From: Arcobacteraceae bacterium
Lineage (GTDB): Bacteria; Campylobacterota; Campylobacteria; Campylobacterales; Arcobacteraceae
Direction: 5' to 3'
Assembly: GCA_048268245.1 (NCBI GenBank)
Contig: JBLWVX010000020.1
Span: 1 to 43,430, forward strand
Length of the DNA: 43,430 nucleotides
Shown: in pieces, positions 41,132 to 43,430 of the stretch
Position numbering within the stretch: position 1 is the first letter of the stretch
Layout: each line of letters starts with the position of its first letter
Made by a program: the position numbers and the translations under genes
Notes under the pieces: generated by a model
Database searches by the model: none
Told to the model about the DNA's origin: nothing
The model's input: only the letters and a program-made list of their open reading frames with translations

Positions 41132-42061
41132 ATGAAAAAAGTTGCTTTTATTTTTCCAGGACAAGGAAGTCAAACTGTTAGAATGGGAAAAGATTTCTTT
41201 GAGAATAGCGAAATTGCAAAAGATATGATTTCTAAAGCTAGTGAAAGATTAGGTATTAATTTTGAAGAGCTTTTATTTGAAGAGAATGACAACTTAGGTA
41301 AAACTGAATATACTCAACCTGCTATTTTATTAGTAAGTTCTATTGCAAATGCAATTTTTAAAGAAAAATGTGAAATTCAACCAGAGTTTGTTTTAGGACA
41401 TTCATTAGGTGAGTTTTCTGCATTAGTTAGTGCAGGTGCAATTGATTATTTAGATGCTGTTGAGTTAGTACATAGAAGAGGTTTATTTATGACTGAAGCT
41501 TGTTCAGGTGGAAATGCAGGAATGATGGCTTTAGTTGGTCTTGATGACACTACAGTAGAAAATATTTGTAAAGAACAAAGAGAAGCAGGTAAACAAGTTT
41601 GGCCAGCAAATTATAATATGGATGGACAATTAGTATTAGCAGGTATTAAATCAGATTTAGAAAGTTTAGTAGATACTTTCAAAGAAGCAGGAGCTAAAAG
41701 AGCAATAGTTTTAGATATGTCTGTTGCTAGTCACTGTGAGTTACTTGAAAGTGCTGTTGAAAACTTAAGACCATACTTAGATGAGTATTTAAAAGATGAA
41801 TTTGCATCAGTGATTTCAAATGTAACAACTGAAGCATATACTACAAAAGATGATGCTATTGAACTTTTAGCATCACAACTTACAAAGCCTGTTAAATATA
41901 AACAATCAATTAGCGCTCATAAAAATGTAGATGCATTTATTGAGTTTGGAAATGGTATTGTTTTAAAAGGTTTAAACAGAAAAATTGTTAAAGGTGTACC
42001 AACACTAAATGTTAGTGATATGAAGTCTTTAGAAAAGACAATTGAGGCATTAAATGACTAA
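41132..42061 (+). CDS. fabD: Malonyl-CoA-ACP transacylase
   Basis: FPGQGSQ, TQPAI, GHSLGE, SVASH. Confidence 0.97.
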   Translation: MKKVAFIFPGQGSQTVRMGKDFFENSEIAKDMISKASERLGINFEELLFEENDNLGKTEYTQPAILLVSSIANAIFKEKCEIQPEFVLGHSLGEFSALVSAGAIDYLDAVELVHRRGLFMTEACSGGNAGMMALVGLDDTTVENICKEQREAGKQVWPANYNMDGQLVLAGIKSDLESLVDTFKEAGAKRAIVLDMSVASHCELLESAVENLRPYLDEYLKDEFASVISNVTTEAYTTKDDAIELLASQLTKPVKYKQSISAHKNVDAFIEFGNGIVLKGLNRKIVKGVPTLNVSDMKSLEKTIEALND

Positions 42062-42749
42062 AATTGCAATAATGGGAGCAATGGAAGAGGAAATTGAACC
42101 TCTTTTAGCTCATTTTGATAATGTAAATATTGTTGAGTTTGCTAATAATAAATATTATGAAGTAAATTATAAAGGTTTAGAAATTGTTATTGCTTATTCT
42201 AAAATTGGAAAAGTATTTGCAAGTTTAACGGCTACTACAATGATTGAAAAATTTGGATGTGATACTCTTCTTTTCTCAGGTGTTGCTGGTGGAATAAATC
42301 CTAAACTTAAAATTGGTGATTTAATAATTGCTGATAAATTATGTCAACATGATTTAGATATTACTGCGTTTGGTCATCCAAATGGTTTTGTACCTGGTGG
42401 AAGTGTATTTGTTGAAACATCTGAAAACCTAAAAGCTATAGCTAAAGAAGTAGCAAAAGAAAATGATTTAAAAGTTATTGAAGGTACAATTGCTACTGGT
42501 GATCAATTTGTTCATTCAAGTGAGCGAAAAAAGTTTATTGAATCAACTTTTAAAGCTGATGCCTTAGAAATGGAAGGTGCTAGTGTTGCAGTTATTTGTG
42601 ATGCTTTAAATGTACCATTTTTTGTATTAAGAGCTATTTCAGATACTGCTGATGGTGGTGCTGATATTGATTTTGATGAATTTTTAAAATCATCTGCAAT
42701 TAATTCTGCAAACTACATGATAAAAATTGTTGATAAATTAATAGATTAG
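42054..42749 (+). CDS. mtnN: 5'-methylthioadenosine/S-adenosylhomocysteine nucleosidase
   Basis: IMGAMEEE, IGKV, TGDQF, EMEGA, RAISD. Confidence 0.96.
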   Translation: MTKIAIMGAMEEEIEPLLAHFDNVNIVEFANNKYYEVNYKGLEIVIAYSKIGKVFASLTATTMIEKFGCDTLLFSGVAGGINPKLKIGDLIIADKLCQHDLDITAFGHPNGFVPGGSVFVETSENLKAIAKEVAKENDLKVIEGTIATGDQFVHSSERKKFIESTFKADALEMEGASVAVICDALNVPFFVLRAISDTADGGADIDFDEFLKSSAINSANYMIKIVDKLID

Positions 42750-43429
42750 TTATCAATAATCCCATAACCAATACCAAAACTATTGGTTATGGATTCTTTG
42801 CCTACTTTATTTGAAAGTCTGCTAATTAAAGATTTAAATGCAGATTCACTAACTTCTTTATCTTTCCAAATATGATTTTTTATTTTTTGTATTTTTACGA
42901 TACTATTTTTATTTTCAAGTAATAACTCTAAAAGTATAATTTCATTTTTTGTTAATTTTACAATTTTTTTATTTATATATAAACTATTATCTATATAGTT
43001 ATAGTGTTTATATTTGCTGATACTTATTGTATGACTTTCTCCATTAAGAAGTTTTTTGGCACTATTATTTAGAGCATAAATTAAACTATTTATATCAACA
43101 GGCTTTAGTATATAATCTGTCAAATTCAATTTAATTGCTTTTATGAGGGTTGTTGTATCTTTTTTTGAACTTATTACTATGATTGGTATTTTTTCATCTT
43201 TTTTTCTTATCTCTTTTATAAAATCAAAGCCATTATACTCTTCTAGTAAAATATCTGTAATTATAACTCTAGGATTTTCTTTTTTATATAAGTCATTTGC
43301 TTCTTTTTGATTATTTGTCCAAAGTGTCTTTTTGAAAAAAATATCCAATACTTTTATTATTTTTGTGTAAGAAGTGTCTTTATTGGATATATAAAGAACA
43401 TATTTATTTTTTAGTATTTTTTTTAATGA
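42746..43429 (-). CDS. OmpR/PhoB-type response regulator (receiver plus winged helix), 5' end beyond the window
   Basis: IITDI..., GFDFIKEIR, YILKP, LTKNE..LLE.L, SRL..K, GIGY; the frame stays open upstream of TTG 43348 to the window edge. Confidence 0.88.
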   Translation of the reverse strand, partial: SLKKILKNKYVLYISNKDTSYTKIIKVLDIFFKKTLWTNNQKEANDLYKKENPRVIITDILLEEYNGFDFIKEIRKKDEKIPIIVISSKKDTTTLIKAIKLNLTDYILKPVDINSLIYALNNSAKKLLNGESHTISISKYKHYNYIDNSLYINKKIVKLTKNEIILLELLLENKNSIVKIQKIKNHIWKDKEVSESAFKSLISRLSNKVGKESITNSFGIGYGIIDN

Positions 43430-43430
43430 T

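Overview
AT-rich chromosomal window from a Campylobacterota (epsilon-proteobacterial) bacterium, most likely Arcobacteraceae. This is inferred from the gene order, the [14 protein letters not shown] histidine kinases and TGnTATAAT promoters. About 80% is conserved housekeeping DNA: clpB; rpmH-rnpA-yidD-yidC-jag-mnmE; sixA; htpX; aroC-rnc-rnhA-lapB-like; dnaG; a Rid protein; rplU-rpmA-obg-proB-fmt; birA-parA-parB-atpF'FHAGDC; tolQRAB-pal-cpoB; slyD-fabD-mtnN. The accessory part is a signalling cluster at 1-11.2 kb, with four sensor kinases and an orphan membrane-anchored LivK-like binding protein coupled to one kinase, and no response regulator. I found no mobile elements, CRISPR arrays, tRNA or rRNA genes. 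Three genes are missing from the ORF track: rpmH, rnpA (no canonical start; probably ATT) and a 37-aa single-TM ORF coupled to htpX. Other signals are an HspR/HAIR-like operator over the clpB promoter, probable leaderless dnaG and birA mRNAs, a four-hairpin slyD-fabD spacer, a His-free SlyD tail and an atypical response regulator at the right edge. I cannot show a novel system from sequence alone. The best candidates are the binding-protein/kinase module and the htpX-linked small protein.
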